A DNA stretch of 64,000 nucleotides from Opitutales bacterium (GCA_049598495.1 JBMYNR010000002.1:32001-96000); one strand, 5' to 3'; shown: positions 53,034-63,598, numbered from the stretch's first letter. Made by a program: numbers and translations. Notes: generated by a model not told the origin, from the sequence alone.

Positions 53034-54319
53034 GCGCCGGGCTTTTCTACCGCGGGCAGCGTAAAGCGCATCCGACTACCCTCTCCCAACCGACTCTCCG
53101 CGGAAACGCTGCCCCCGTGGAGCTGGATGATGTGCTTCACGATGCTGAGGCCGAGCCCCGTGCCCCCGCGCTCGCGTGAGCGGCCCTTATCAACCCGATA
53201 GAAGCGCTCGAACACGTGAGGCAGGTCTTTTTCCGGGATTCCGGGGCCATCATCCACCACCGCACAGAGCACCTCATTGCGCTCCGAATCGAGCTTCGCC
53301 TCGAGGGTGATCCGCGTGAAATTAGGCGCATAGCGAAAGGCGTTCTCAATGAAATTGTCCAAAACCTGATGGATCCGGTAACGATCAAACAGCACAACAT
53401 CGACCTCGTCTTCAACAGCCAGGTCGATCCTCTGTGTGGCTGGGTCCAACCGGGTTCGATAATTTTCGGCCACCTCCTCAAAGAGCGGTTTCAGCGGCTG
53501 GGCGATCGGCTCAATTTGCTCAGGTTTTGATTCCAAACGGGAAATCGTCAATAAATCTTCGACTAAGACGTGCAGACGGTCCGCATTTGTCAAAATTTTC
53601 TTCGTAAAACGTTCGCGCGAATCCGGTTTTAGCGACGCCGCATCGTCAATCAAGGTTTCCGCAAAGCCTTTAATAATGGTCAAGGGTGTTCGTAGCTCGT
53701 GTGAGACATTGGCAACAAACTCACGGCGCATCACCTCCAACTCCTTTAGCTTCGTAATGTCATGCAAGACCAGTAAAGTAGACATGCCTTCCCCTTCCCC
53801 GATTCCAATCACCGGGGCGCATGATGCCTCAAACCAATACGTCTTCTGGCCGCGCACGATCTTTAACTGCGTCGAGTCCGTACGATCTTGATTCGTGGCC
53901 ATCTCGTCGAGAAACTCAAGCAAGCCTATTGATCTCATAAACCCTTCCAGGCGAAGCCCTTGCAGGCTTTTATGCCCCTTGAATAAACGTTCCGCCGCAC
54001 GATTTGCATATTGCACCATACGCTCGGGGTCAAAGATGATCACGGCCTCCTGAACGGCTCCGAGCATGGCATCCACTTGGCTCGAATACCCTGTCTTCTC
54101 GGCAGCAGTCTTATTGTGCAAGTCTATGAGTCCATTCAACGAGTCGACCAGTCTGAGTGCACCGATTCGCTCGAGCGAATCCGCCGATGCCTTTAGTAAA
54201 AGCCGTCTTCGTGACCGCACGGCATCGTCCAGCTCGCCTAGCAGACGCCTCAAACGCAGAACGTGTAGAAAAAGAGCCACGGAAACCATGGCGAGTGCAA
54301 TCGTGATGAACCAATGCAT
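53030..54319 (-). CDS. phoR: Phosphate regulon sensor kinase
   Basis: TM plus PAS; EFVANVSHELRTPLT and FERFYRVDKGRSRERGGTGLGL. Confidence 0.85.
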   Translation of the reverse strand: MHWFITIALAMVSVALFLHVLRLRRLLGELDDAVRSRRRLLLKASADSLERIGALRLVDSLNGLIDLHNKTAAEKTGYSSQVDAMLGAVQEAVIIFDPERMVQYANRAAERLFKGHKSLQGLRLEGFMRSIGLLEFLDEMATNQDRTDSTQLKIVRGQKTYWFEASCAPVIGIGEGEGMSTLLVLHDITKLKELEVMRREFVANVSHELRTPLTIIKGFAETLIDDAASLKPDSRERFTKKILTNADRLHVLVEDLLTISRLESKPEQIEPIAQPLKPLFEEVAENYRTRLDPATQRIDLAVEDEVDVVLFDRYRIHQVLDNFIENAFRYAPNFTRITLEAKLDSERNEVLCAVVDDGPGIPEKDLPHVFERFYRVDKGRSRERGGTGLGLSIVKHIIQLHGGSVSAESRLGEGSRMRFTLPAVEKPGA

Positions 54320-55029
54320 TAAATATCGATTGCCCGATACCCTACTCCGCGAACCGTCTCAATCAAGTGCGCATATGGGCCAAGCTTCTCTCGCACGCGG
54401 CGTACATGGGTATCTACCGTGCGCGTCTCGATATCCGTGTCGTAATGCCAAACATTGACCAGCAGATGCTCACGCGACTGAACGCGCCCTTTGCGCTCCA
54501 TCAAGAGCTTCAGGAGCCTGAATTCCGTGGCGGTGAGCACAACCAACTTACCATCGACCGTCAACTGGTGTAAGTCTTCATCAATCACAACCCCCGCGAT
54601 CTCAATTCGAGTGATTTCCGAAGACGCGGCGGCCGAATCACTCCGACTGAGGATGTTGTTGATGCGGAGAATTAACTCATTGGCATTAAAAGGCTTAGAA
54701 AGATAGTCGTCGGCTCCCGTCTCGAGCCCCTTAATGCGATCCTCAGTATCCCCACGTGCACTCAGGAAGATAATCGGAATTCTCTTCATTGAGGGATCCG
54801 AGCGGGCGATCCGACAGAGTTGCAAGCCGTTGAGCTCCGGCATCATGATGTCCAGAACCATCAGATCCGGCTCAAATTCACGCACCTTGGCGACAAACTC
54901 GAGTGGATCATTGAGAACCTGGACCCGATAGCCCTCCTGCTCCAGCTTATATTCAAGCAGTTCGGTGACGTCCGGTTCGTCATCCAAAACGAGGATACGA
55001 TGCACTTTATTGGCACTCATCGATTTCAT
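54319..55029 (-). CDS. phoB: OmpR-family response regulator, PhoB-like
   Basis: LDIMMPE, GADDYLSKPF, LTATEFRLL, TRTVDTHVRRVREKLG and ETVRGVGY; coupled to phoR. Confidence 0.85.
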   Translation of the reverse strand: MKSMSANKVHRILVLDDEPDVTELLEYKLEQEGYRVQVLNDPLEFVAKVREFEPDLMVLDIMMPELNGLQLCRIARSDPSMKRIPIIFLSARGDTEDRIKGLETGADDYLSKPFNANELILRINNILSRSDSAAASSEITRIEIAGVVIDEDLHQLTVDGKLVVLTATEFRLLKLLMERKGRVQSREHLLVNVWHYDTDIETRTVDTHVRRVREKLGPYAHLIETVRGVGYRAIDI

Positions 55030-55149
55030 TCTTTGTTACGAGGTAATCAAGCACCCCATGCTTCATAAACAACCAAAAGCGACCACAGGCACGCATGGGT
55101 CAACGCTTAAACCCCTCAAAGAGAGAGGCCAAGCTAACATTTCACCACA

Positions 55150-55178
55150 GTGAAACAAAGCTGTGACACAACTGACAC
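55150..55178. promoter_or_regulatory. Pho-box-like triple half-site upstream of phoB
   Basis: GTGAAAC-AAAG-CTGTGAC-ACAA-CTGACAC with 11-bp periodicity. Confidence 0.5.
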
Positions 55179-55311
55179 ACGGCATCGGCCAATCGTAAAA
55201 TCCCGCGCCTTAGAGCCGATTGCATTTAGGTAGAATCACCGGCCGGGTGTCATTTTTGTTATCAGCAAGACGGGTGCCGCGGGTGCCGCAAGCGACACCC
55301 CTAGAGCGGTA

Positions 55312-57246
55312 TTAAAGCTTCGTGCCGCATCTGGCCTCAAGATGAACCATCAAGATACTGATGTCGGCCGGGTTCACGCCACTGATCCGACTGGCCTGCC
55401 CGAGTGTTCGCGGCGCAATTTCGATCAATTTCTGGGCACTCTCGCTCCGCAAACCTTTCACCGCAGTGAAGTCAAAGCCCTCCGGCAACTTGATCTTGTC
55501 AATATGCCGGAGCTTCTCGATCTGCTTCTGCTCTCGCTCGAGGTAGCCCTTGAAAACCACTCGGTAATAAACCTCTTCTCGCACCTCTTTGGATTCTGCC
55601 TGCAGCGCCTCCGGGAAATCGTCCTGCGAGTGCGAACGTCGCAGATGGAGGGCAAAGGTCTCCCCTTCCCTGCGCTCATTCTCGAGTTTTCCGGACCACT
55701 CATTGACAGTGGCCGACTTTTCCCTGATTCTCCCTAGTCGTTGCTCATCAACTAGTTGCAATTTTTCTACCGCCTCCAATAGACGTAACTCCGCACTGGG
55801 ATGATTGAACAGCAAGCGGTGCTCCGCACGACTCGAGAACATGCGGTAGGGCTCCTTCGTGCCCTTGGTCACCAAATCGTCGATCAGCACACCCAGGTAG
55901 GCCTCATGGCGGCCCAAAACCAACGGCTCCTCTCCTCGAATCTTCTGAACCGCATTGACCCCGGCAATGAGCCCCTGCCCCGCCGCTTCCTCATAGCCGG
56001 AGGTGCCATTGATCTGGCCTGCAAAAAAGAGGTTCTCCACCTTCTTGGATTCCAGAGAAGGATGCAGCTGCGTTGGAGGCGCGAAGTCATACTCCACCGC
56101 GTAGGCCGGCCGAAGCATGTGCACTCGCTCCAGACCCTCAATACTGCGCAGCATCTCGAGCTGCACCTCAAATGGTAGGCTCGTCGAGAGTCCATTAATA
56201 TACCATTCATTCGTGTTCCGCCCCTCCGGCTCCAAGAATAGCATATGCCGCTCCTTATCGGCGAAGCGCACAAACTTATCCTCAATGCTCGGGCAATAGC
56301 GTGGCCCCGCGCCCTCAATCTGTCCGGAATACATTGGCGAGGTGTGCAGGTTATCCATGACCACCTGCTGAGTCTGTGGCCCCGTATAGGTCATCCAGCA
56401 GGAAACCTGGTCCTTCCCCGGCAGCCAGCCCAGCTTGCGCTGACCAATATGTTCCACGTGGAACAATTCGTGAGCCGAATCCACGGCGCCCTCCCCTCGT
56501 TGTTCCACGTGGAACACATCCTCGATACCACGGGTATCGTAAAACGCGAATAAGGTCGGCTCCGGATCTCCTTTCTGCTCCTCCAACTGACTAAAGTCAA
56601 TGCTGCTGCCCAGTATCCGCGCGGGCGTGCCTGTCTTAAGGCGCTCCAACTCGATGCCAGCCTCCAAAAACGATCCCGAAAGGCCTTTTGCAGAAAAATC
56701 CCCCATGCGACCTCCTTCGTTCTTGTTCTTGCCCACATGCATCAGACCTCGAAGAAAGGTGCCGGTAGTGACCACGACGGTTTTGGCGTAGAAGTCGACG
56801 TCCAGGTTGGTCCGCACGCCGACCACCTTGTCTCCGTCAAAAATCAGCCCTTGCACCATCGCTTGAAAGAGGTCCAGATTATCCTGCAACTCGATCACGT
56901 GCTTCATTCGGTATTGGTAGGCCTTTTTGTCGCACTGAGCCCGAGGCGCCTGCACCGCCGGCCCCTTAGACGCATTCAAAAGACGAAACTGTATCGCCGT
57001 CGTGTCCGTGTTGATCGCCATCTCGCCCCCAAGCGCATCAATCTCGCGCACCATATGGCCCTTGGCTTGGCCACCAATCGCCGGATTACAACTCATCTGG
57101 GCGATCGTATCGAGGTTTCCGGTCAGCATCAGCGTGTCAGCGCCGCGCCGGGAGGCGGCGAGGGCGGCCTCACAGCCAGCATGCCCCGCACCACAGACAA
57201 TCACATCGTAAGGTTGATGCTGGCCAAATTTCAATCCACCACTCAT
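55312..57246 (-). CDS. mnmG: tRNA uridine-5-carboxymethylaminomethyl(34) synthesis enzyme MnmG (GidA)
   Basis: [30 protein letters not shown] and [16 protein letters not shown]. Confidence 0.99.
   Translation of the reverse strand: MSGGLKFGQHQPYDVIVCGAGHAGCEAALAASRRGADTLMLTGNLDTIAQMSCNPAIGGQAKGHMVREIDALGGEMAINTDTTAIQFRLLNASKGPAVQAPRAQCDKKAYQYRMKHVIELQDNLDLFQAMVQGLIFDGDKVVGVRTNLDVDFYAKTVVVTTGTFLRGLMHVGKNKNEGGRMGDFSAKGLSGSFLEAGIELERLKTGTPARILGSSIDFSQLEEQKGDPEPTLFAFYDTRGIEDVFHVEQRGEGAVDSAHELFHVEHIGQRKLGWLPGKDQVSCWMTYTGPQTQQVVMDNLHTSPMYSGQIEGAGPRYCPSIEDKFVRFADKERHMLFLEPEGRNTNEWYINGLSTSLPFEVQLEMLRSIEGLERVHMLRPAYAVEYDFAPPTQLHPSLESKKVENLFFAGQINGTSGYEEAAGQGLIAGVNAVQKIRGEEPLVLGRHEAYLGVLIDDLVTKGTKEPYRMFSSRAEHRLLFNHPSAELRLLEAVEKLQLVDEQRLGRIREKSATVNEWSGKLENERREGETFALHLRRSHSQDDFPEALQAESKEVREEVYYRVVFKGYLEREQKQIEKLRHIDKIKLPEGFDFTAVKGLRSESAQKLIEIAPRTLGQASRISGVNPADISILMVHLEARCGTKL
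56450..56465. other. parS centromere-like site within mnmG
   Basis: TGTTCCACGTGGAACA, a perfect 16-bp palindrome matching the ParB-binding consensus. Confidence 0.9.
56501..56516. other. Second parS site within mnmG
   Basis: Identical TGTTCCACGTGGAACA, 51 bp from the first. Confidence 0.9.
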
Positions 57247-58601
57247 TTTCCGATACAGAATTGCTTAAACAAGCGATCCAACATGCGCTCGTTGTCCACG
57301 CGCCCGACAACCTGACCAATGAACTCAACCGCATCGCGAAGATCGGCCACAACTAGCTCAGAGAGCTCTGAATCCTTTAGTTTCGACGACGCAAGCTCCA
57401 AAGCATCAACGGCTTCCTGAAGTGCCGCCGCGTGGCGCGCGTTCACCACGACACCATCCCCCTGAGGTTGCGAGAGGCTGGCATCAATGGAGGCCTCCCA
57501 AGTACGCCTGAGGTCGGCTATGCCTTCTCCCTCGACCAGCGAGGTCCGCACATGTCTCAAATGTGGGAGAAAATCGCCGTGCGATAGCGCCCCAGGCAGA
57601 TCTGTCTTGTTTTCAATCACGATAGTATTCCTCGCATGCATACGCTCTAGGAGAACATCCGGAAGGGCAGGGGAGACCGCCGTCGCATCGAGCACGAAAA
57701 GAAAAAAGTCCGCCGTCTCTGCCTGCTCGATTGTATGATCGATCCCAATCTTCTCGATCGCATCACCTGCCTCATGCAAACCCGCGGTATCCAGAATTTC
57801 GATACGCCATGGCCCAACCATCATAAAGGCTGATATGTAATCCCTCGTTGTGCCCGGAATCTCACTAACAATCGACCTTTCAGCCCCGGTCAGCACATTA
57901 ATTAAGCTACTCTTTCCCACGTTTGGTTCGCCCACGATTAGCGTCTTAATTCCTTCATGGAGTAGGGCAGAGTAGCGCTGCGTTTCGATCAGATCCTTGA
58001 TTTCCTCGGTTAGTTTCCGCAGGTCGGCGGCAGGGCCCGCCTGATCCTCCCCAGGCAGGTCCTCTTCAGGGAAATCGATATAGGCTTCCAGATGCGCCAT
58101 GACTGAAAGGAGGCGCTCTGTCAGCTCACTCATTTTCCGCCCCACCGATCCATGGAGCTGTCGCTGTGCGACCTCGAGACTTTTGTCCGAACGCGCCCGG
58201 ATCAAATCCGAAACCGCCTCCGCCTGGCTCAAGTCCATGCGGCCGTTGAGAAATGCGGTGCGGGTGAACTCTCCAGGCTCTGCAGGCCGACAACCGCGCG
58301 CGAATAGGTCTGCCAGAACCTTCTGAATAATTAAGGGGTTCCCATGGGGGGCAATTTCCAACATCGAATCGCCCGTAAATGACTTTCCTTCAGCAAAATA
58401 CGTAATCACACACGCATCGATCGGCTCGCCCTCCAGGCTCAGATAATGACTGAAATAAGCATAGCGGGGCCGAAGGGCTTTTTTCCGGCCCGTGATCGCC
58501 ATGGCAAGCTCGAGACACGCGGGACCGCTCAAGCGAATCAGGGCAACCGCTGATTCGCCTGCGGGCGTTGAGAGGGCGACTATGGTGTCGGCAATTGGCA
58601 T
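57243..58601 (-). CDS. mnmE: tRNA modification GTPase MnmE (TrmE)
   Basis: [38 protein letters not shown] and FCIGK. Confidence 0.99.
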   Translation of the reverse strand: MPIADTIVALSTPAGESAVALIRLSGPACLELAMAITGRKKALRPRYAYFSHYLSLEGEPIDACVITYFAEGKSFTGDSMLEIAPHGNPLIIQKVLADLFARGCRPAEPGEFTRTAFLNGRMDLSQAEAVSDLIRARSDKSLEVAQRQLHGSVGRKMSELTERLLSVMAHLEAYIDFPEEDLPGEDQAGPAADLRKLTEEIKDLIETQRYSALLHEGIKTLIVGEPNVGKSSLINVLTGAERSIVSEIPGTTRDYISAFMMVGPWRIEILDTAGLHEAGDAIEKIGIDHTIEQAETADFFLFVLDATAVSPALPDVLLERMHARNTIVIENKTDLPGALSHGDFLPHLRHVRTSLVEGEGIADLRRTWEASIDASLSQPQGDGVVVNARHAAALQEAVDALELASSKLKDSELSELVVADLRDAVEFIGQVVGRVDNERMLDRLFKQFCIGK

Positions 58602-58709
58602 GGAAGATGCGCTAAGTTCACTGAATACGGCCTTGCGTCAAGTGAGTACGTCGGACCTTTAGGTGCTCGTGCAATTTGCATCTAGGGCTGGCCTAGGGCG
58701 TCTCAGTAT

Positions 58710-59558
58710 CTAGAGTTGATCCAGAACACTCTTCCGAAAACGATCGATCTTCGCCCCAACAAAGACATCCATCGCCGGACCGTCCTCCTCAATGAGGGGC
58801 GTCAAATCCATCGCAAACCATAATTGATCCACCGCGTCGACAGCGTGCGAATCATGGAAGGTCGCATTCGCATGTCGGCGTCCAATAACCGCCTTTCCGT
58901 AATCCTTGCCTCCTAGAATCTGCGATTCGAAGCAACCGTTCAGTCTCCGCGCCAAATCAGGGTGCCCACTGACATCAAGTGCAATCTTATCCTCCGCCTC
59001 GAGCCAATCGAGATCTCGCCAGACTTCACAACCGTAGACCTTCCTTGGACGAGAGTAGGGCGGAATCCGCCTTATTGCTTCCACAACCGATTGAAAAACA
59101 GCTCGATGCGTTGCATGTCGGTCAGCCGGGTTGTGCGTGTAAACCACCTCCGGCTGCGCCCGTAGCAGATATTTTTCGAGCGCGTCCACCAGTTCACCGC
59201 GCGCATTCGGATTTTTAACAGTCGCACTGGCAAATCCAAGCTGGGCCATGAAGCTGTATTGCCCTAACTCGGCCGCTCGCCGCTGCTCCTCCGCTCGAAT
59301 GGCCATCATTTCAGCGTCTGTCTTGTCCGCAAAGACGCCCGTGCGTGCGCTGCCGCTCCCGTCCGTGCAGGTGATCCCGCCAAACCAGGCCAAGTCTTGT
59401 TCGTAGCAAGTACTGATTCCATGAAAGGCCATGAACTCAAGGTCGTCCTGATGCGCGCCGATCCCTAGATGAGAAGTGCGCGCCAGCGCCTCCGCCGCAG
59501 CAACAGCATCGGGGATGAACATATCGGGCTCTACAGACATGCGCATGTTCTGCGACAA
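58710..59558 (-). CDS. PIG-L / LmbE-family deacetylase
   Basis: GAHQDDLE, RAEEQRRAA and THNPADRHATH; start uncertain. Confidence 0.88.
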   Translation of the reverse strand: MSQNMRMSVEPDMFIPDAVAAAEALARTSHLGIGAHQDDLEFMAFHGISTCYEQDLAWFGGITCTDGSGSARTGVFADKTDAEMMAIRAEEQRRAAELGQYSFMAQLGFASATVKNPNARGELVDALEKYLLRAQPEVVYTHNPADRHATHRAVFQSVVEAIRRIPPYSRPRKVYGCEVWRDLDWLEAEDKIALDVSGHPDLARRLNGCFESQILGGKDYGKAVIGRRHANATFHDSHAVDAVDQLWFAMDLTPLIEEDGPAMDVFVGAKIDRFRKSVLDQL

Positions 59559-59846
59559 CTAAACCGATGGGGCAATTAAAAGGTTCATTTTTAAGTCGAG
59601 GGGAGGGATCTTTTCTTTTTAGCAGCCAGCCGCCGTATCTTTATACCGCTGATCACCGCTGATGACCTCTAACCCGGACTCGGATGTGCTTCATGTGGAT
59701 GGAATCCTCAATGCTTCGGCCTGCGGAGCATCCGGTCTTGTCGCTATGCCCGGATGAGGATTCTCATGCGCGGTTAAAACAGAACCACTCTGGTCCTTCC
59801 CCGGGAATCGACGATGAATCAAAAAAGCGTATCGAAGACCTCAAAC

Positions 59847-59923
59847 GTAGGGCCGTCGCTTGCGACGCTCGCCACAAACCCTGGCAACACCTGTTTCGGG
59901 CGCCGCGAGCGATCGCTCCATGC
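59847..59923. repeat. Degenerate REPIN-like doublet
   Basis: GTAGGGCCGTCGCTTGCGACGCTCG with an inverted partner; similar GTCGCTTGCG core at 55280-55304. Confidence 0.5.
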
Positions 59924-59978
59924 AATTACCAAGAAACTTCGCTTTGACTTTAGCTGGGGGCAGACAGAGCATTCAGTG

Positions 59979-62825
59979 ATGTCAAAATTCACCATTGGCC
60001 AGCGCTGGATCAGTGAAACAGAGCCTGAACTCGGCCTGGGCATCCTCGAGTCGGTGGAGCGCCATCAGGTGCGCCTCTTATTTCCAGCCTCAAATGAAGC
60101 CCGGCTTTACGCCGCGGCCAACGCTCCGATCAAACGTGTCGAATTTCGCGCCGGCGACCGCATCCATTCACAGCGAGGAGAAACGGTCATGATCGAGGAC
60201 GTCCGGATGGAGGAGGGGATCATCACCTACATCGGGGGCGGCGTTGAGGTCAAGGAGATGGATCTCGCCGATACAATCAGCTTCAGCAAGCCCGAGGACC
60301 GACTCATCGGAGGCCAGATAGACCCCTCCGCCTCGTTCCATTTGCGCTACGAGGCAATTGCGCGTCTCGCAGAGGCCAAGCAGTCTGATGTCGCGGGCTT
60401 TGTCGGCGGCCGGATCGATCTGATCCCCCACCAACTTTACATCGCCTCCGAAGTCTCCAACCGCTATATGCCTCGAGTGCTTTTAGCAGACGAAGTAGGG
60501 CTCGGGAAGACCATTGAAGCCTGCCTCATCCTGCACCGGCTTCATCTTACAGGGCGGGCTCAGCGCATCCTTATTCTTCTGCCCGAATCCCTTGTTCATC
60601 AATGGTTTATAGAGTTGCTTCGGCGCTTCAATCTCTGGTTTACCCTCGTCGATGCGGAACACTGCGAATCCGTGACTGCGGTCGACAGCACGGCCAATCC
60701 CTTTAATGAAGCGCAGCTGGTCATCTGCAGCACCCAGACGCTCCTCGACTGCGACCGCTGGGCCGAGTGCGCACTGGATACGAAGTGGGATATGCTGGTG
60801 GTCGACGAGGCTCACCACCTTGAGTGGACACCCGAGCAAGCGAGCCCGGAGTATCAACTCGTAGAAGCACTTACGCAGAAAAGTCATGGCTTGCTTCTAC
60901 TCACCGCCACACCCGAGCAACTTGGGGCCGAGGGGCACTTTGCCCGCCTGCGCCTGCTCGACCCGGAACGCTATCCCGAACTGGACAAATTCCAGAAGGA
61001 GCAGGCTGGATACTCCAAGGTCGCGGAGGTTGCCAACAAATTGGCGGACCAGGAAGCGCTCACAGAGGACGAACTCCATTACCTTCGAGACATCTTCGAG
61101 GAATTCAGCGACGAAGCGTTTAAGGACCACCTCAAAAATCGTCGCGCACTCTTGGACGAGCTCGTCGACCGCCACGGCACCGGACGCGTTATTTTCAGGA
61201 ACTCGCGGGATTCTTTAACCGGGTTTCCCAAGCGGAAGGGATTACCAAACAAACTCGAGCCGCGCGCAAAACTCTCACAGGCAGACCTCGAAGCCCGCCT
61301 ACTAGGGGAATTCGAACTGGAAACGAGTCGGTCCGACAGTGCAGAGGCGTACGACTTTCGCCACGGCCCACGTATCCTCTGGCTGGCCGAATTACTCCAA
61401 AGCCTCGATGAGAACGAAAAGGTACTCCTCATTTGTCGCACGCGCGAAAAGGTCCAGGCCATCTACGATGCGCTCCTTGAAGAACTGAATGTTAAGGCCG
61501 CGCTTTTTCACGAAGCGTTGACCCTGCTGCAACGCGACCGCAATGCTGCGTGGTTTGCCGAGCCAGAAGGTGCGAAGATTCTTCTCTGCTCTGAAATCGG
61601 GAGCGAAGGGCGTAACTTCCAGTTTGCTCACCATCTCGTTCTCTTCGATTTGCCACTTAATCCCGAGCTACTTGAGCAGCGAATCGGTCGCCTCGACCGG
61701 ATCGGCCAGACCCAAACCATTCAAATTCATCTTCCATACCTCGAACACAGCTGGACGGAACTGCTGATGCGCTGGCACCACAAGGGCCTTGACGGAGTTG
61801 AGCATTCCCTCAAGGGGGGCTACGCCTACCTGAACCAGTTCAACGACTGGATTCGCCGGCTGGGGCCGCAATACCATCTGGCGACCCCGGAGGTATTGAA
61901 GGATGCCGACCATTTGATCGATGAGAGCAAGGGATTCCGCGAGGAACTGGAGGGCCGACTGAGCCAGGGCCAGGACCGACTCATCGCATTGAATTCCTTC
62001 CGGGAGGAAGCCTCTTCGGATTTGGTCGCTCATATCCGAACCCTCGATGCCGACCGTACGCTTGACGGTTTCATGAACCGGATCTTCGACCACTTCGGCG
62101 TCACCGTGGAGGATATCGACGCGCGCACCTTTCACCTGCAGCCCGGCCAGCTCTTTACCGATTCCTTTCCCTGTCTCCCCGAAGAGGGCACCACGGTTAC
62201 CTGTGATCGAACCCGTGCTCTCGGGCGCGAGGATATTGGCTTCCTTTCTTGGGACCACCCCATGGTTCGCGGTGCGATCGATCTCATCCTTAGTTCCGAA
62301 AAGGGAAATAGTTCGATCGTTGTCTGGCGTGACTCGAGCATTGAAGCGCCGTCTATTCTCGTCGAGGCAATCTATGTCCTTGAGAGCGTGGCTCCTCCGA
62401 AGCTGCACGTAGATCGATTCCTTCCGCCGACACCGGTTCGGGTCCTCGTTGACCTGAGCGGCAACGATCAAAGCGACACATTTGGCCACGACTTTATCAA
62501 CAAATACTGTGGCGACGAAGAGACCTTCCGCTTGAAACAGGATCCACAACTGCTGCAGGCACTCGTTCCCGAAATGCTGCGTGCCGCCAAAGAGCATGCA
62601 CATGCCAAGAAATCAGACCTCCTCCAGGACGCGATTCAAGACGCTCATGGTCGGCTCGACGGTGAAGCCAGCCGCTTGAAAGAACTTCAGAAGATTAATC
62701 CCAATGTCCGCGAAGAGGAAATTAAAATAGCGGAGAGTGTCATCGCGGATGTCACCCGCCATATCGCGAAGGCGCACCTGCGCCTCGATGCCGTCCGCCT
62801 TATTCTCGGCGAGCCGGGGCGTTAG
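59979..62825 (+). CDS. rapA: RNA polymerase-associated SWI2/SNF2 ATPase RapA
   Basis: GQRWISETEPELGLG, LADEVGLGKT, DEAHH, SEIGSEGRNFQF and EQRIGRLDRIGQ; start MSKF at 59979. Confidence 0.97.
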   Translation: MSKFTIGQRWISETEPELGLGILESVERHQVRLLFPASNEARLYAAANAPIKRVEFRAGDRIHSQRGETVMIEDVRMEEGIITYIGGGVEVKEMDLADTISFSKPEDRLIGGQIDPSASFHLRYEAIARLAEAKQSDVAGFVGGRIDLIPHQLYIASEVSNRYMPRVLLADEVGLGKTIEACLILHRLHLTGRAQRILILLPESLVHQWFIELLRRFNLWFTLVDAEHCESVTAVDSTANPFNEAQLVICSTQTLLDCDRWAECALDTKWDMLVVDEAHHLEWTPEQASPEYQLVEALTQKSHGLLLLTATPEQLGAEGHFARLRLLDPERYPELDKFQKEQAGYSKVAEVANKLADQEALTEDELHYLRDIFEEFSDEAFKDHLKNRRALLDELVDRHGTGRVIFRNSRDSLTGFPKRKGLPNKLEPRAKLSQADLEARLLGEFELETSRSDSAEAYDFRHGPRILWLAELLQSLDENEKVLLICRTREKVQAIYDALLEELNVKAALFHEALTLLQRDRNAAWFAEPEGAKILLCSEIGSEGRNFQFAHHLVLFDLPLNPELLEQRIGRLDRIGQTQTIQIHLPYLEHSWTELLMRWHHKGLDGVEHSLKGGYAYLNQFNDWIRRLGPQYHLATPEVLKDADHLIDESKGFREELEGRLSQGQDRLIALNSFREEASSDLVAHIRTLDADRTLDGFMNRIFDHFGVTVEDIDARTFHLQPGQLFTDSFPCLPEEGTTVTCDRTRALGREDIGFLSWDHPMVRGAIDLILSSEKGNSSIVVWRDSSIEAPSILVEAIYVLESVAPPKLHVDRFLPPTPVRVLVDLSGNDQSDTFGHDFINKYCGDEETFRLKQDPQLLQALVPEMLRAAKEHAHAKKSDLLQDAIQDAHGRLDGEASRLKELQKINPNVREEEIKIAESVIADVTRHIAKAHLRLDAVRLILGEPGR

Positions 62826-63114
62826 GGCGCGCTAAATCTAAGCCCAACTCAGCTTCCCGCCTGAAGCGCAGCTTTGAGCAATTCCGCGATAGCCTGACCT
62901 TCATCCGCCAGCCGCTCATGGTAGTCCTGCTGCTTCCTCGACCAGGAGAGGCACAGTTCATGATCCAACGTCTCGACGCATTCGACTTTGAGGCACTGGC
63001 AGCCTTTCAACGCGACACCGTAGGCGACGCCGTCGCCCTAATGTCTGAAGAAGAACGAGCAAGATAAGAAGACTGGCCGCCGTTTTGATTTCTGCTGCTT
63101 AAGCTTGCATTTGA

Positions 63115-63139
63115 TTCGTTTGTTTCGTTTATTTCGTTT
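63115..63139 (+). promoter_or_regulatory. Three TTCGTTT direct repeats at 9-bp period, likely operator of the Xis-like protein
   Basis: Copies at 63115, 63124 and 63133, immediately before the ATG at 63143. Confidence 0.55.
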
Positions 63140-63142
63140 GCT

Positions 63143-63598
63143 ATGAACCATGCAGTAACAGACAAAACCTCCACGATATCGCCCCATGATCGCGAATTGC
63201 TGGCTAAGCTGAACGATGTGATCAATGGCGACGAACGCCCCGTTCTACTCGGGCGCGAGGGATCGCATATCCAGTTCCCCGAGCCCCTGTTCCGCCATCT
63301 CACGCAGATCGTTCGTGCCATGCTGAAGGGGCAATCCGTGTCAATTGTGTCAGAGAACGAAGTTCTCACCACGCAAGCTGCGGCCAACTACCTCGGCGTG
63401 TCGCGTCCTTATCTCGTCAAGCTATTGGAAGCTGAAGAGATCCCCTTCCGCTATGTAGGGAGCCATCGCCGCGTCTGCATGAGTGACCTGCGGACCTACG
63501 AAAAGCTACGAGATGGCAAGCGTCGCAAAACGCTGGATGCACTGACCAAGAAGGTCCAAGAGGCGGGCTACTACGACTCCGATTACGCAGGCGATTAA
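63143..63598 (+). CDS. Excisionase-family HTH DNA-binding protein (antitoxin of a PIN module)
   Basis: LTTQAAANYLGVSRPYLVKLLE...IPF..VGSHRRV; followed by a PIN gene. Confidence 0.9.
   Translation: MNHAVTDKTSTISPHDRELLAKLNDVINGDERPVLLGREGSHIQFPEPLFRHLTQIVRAMLKGQSVSIVSENEVLTTQAAANYLGVSRPYLVKLLEAEEIPFRYVGSHRRVCMSDLRTYEKLRDGKRRKTLDALTKKVQEAGYYDSDYAGD

Noticed and set aside
59684..59947. 87-aa ORF upstream of rapA
   Set aside because: It runs through a degenerate REP doublet and has no recognisable features.
55030..59978. oriC near mnmG/mnmE
   Set aside because: No cluster of DnaA boxes (TTATCCACA) or clear AT-rich unwinding element was seen, and dnaA and parAB are not in the window.
63143..63598. 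Excisionase of a prophage or ICE
   Set aside because: No integrase or att/tRNA site is nearby; pairing with a PIN gene indicates a TA antitoxin.
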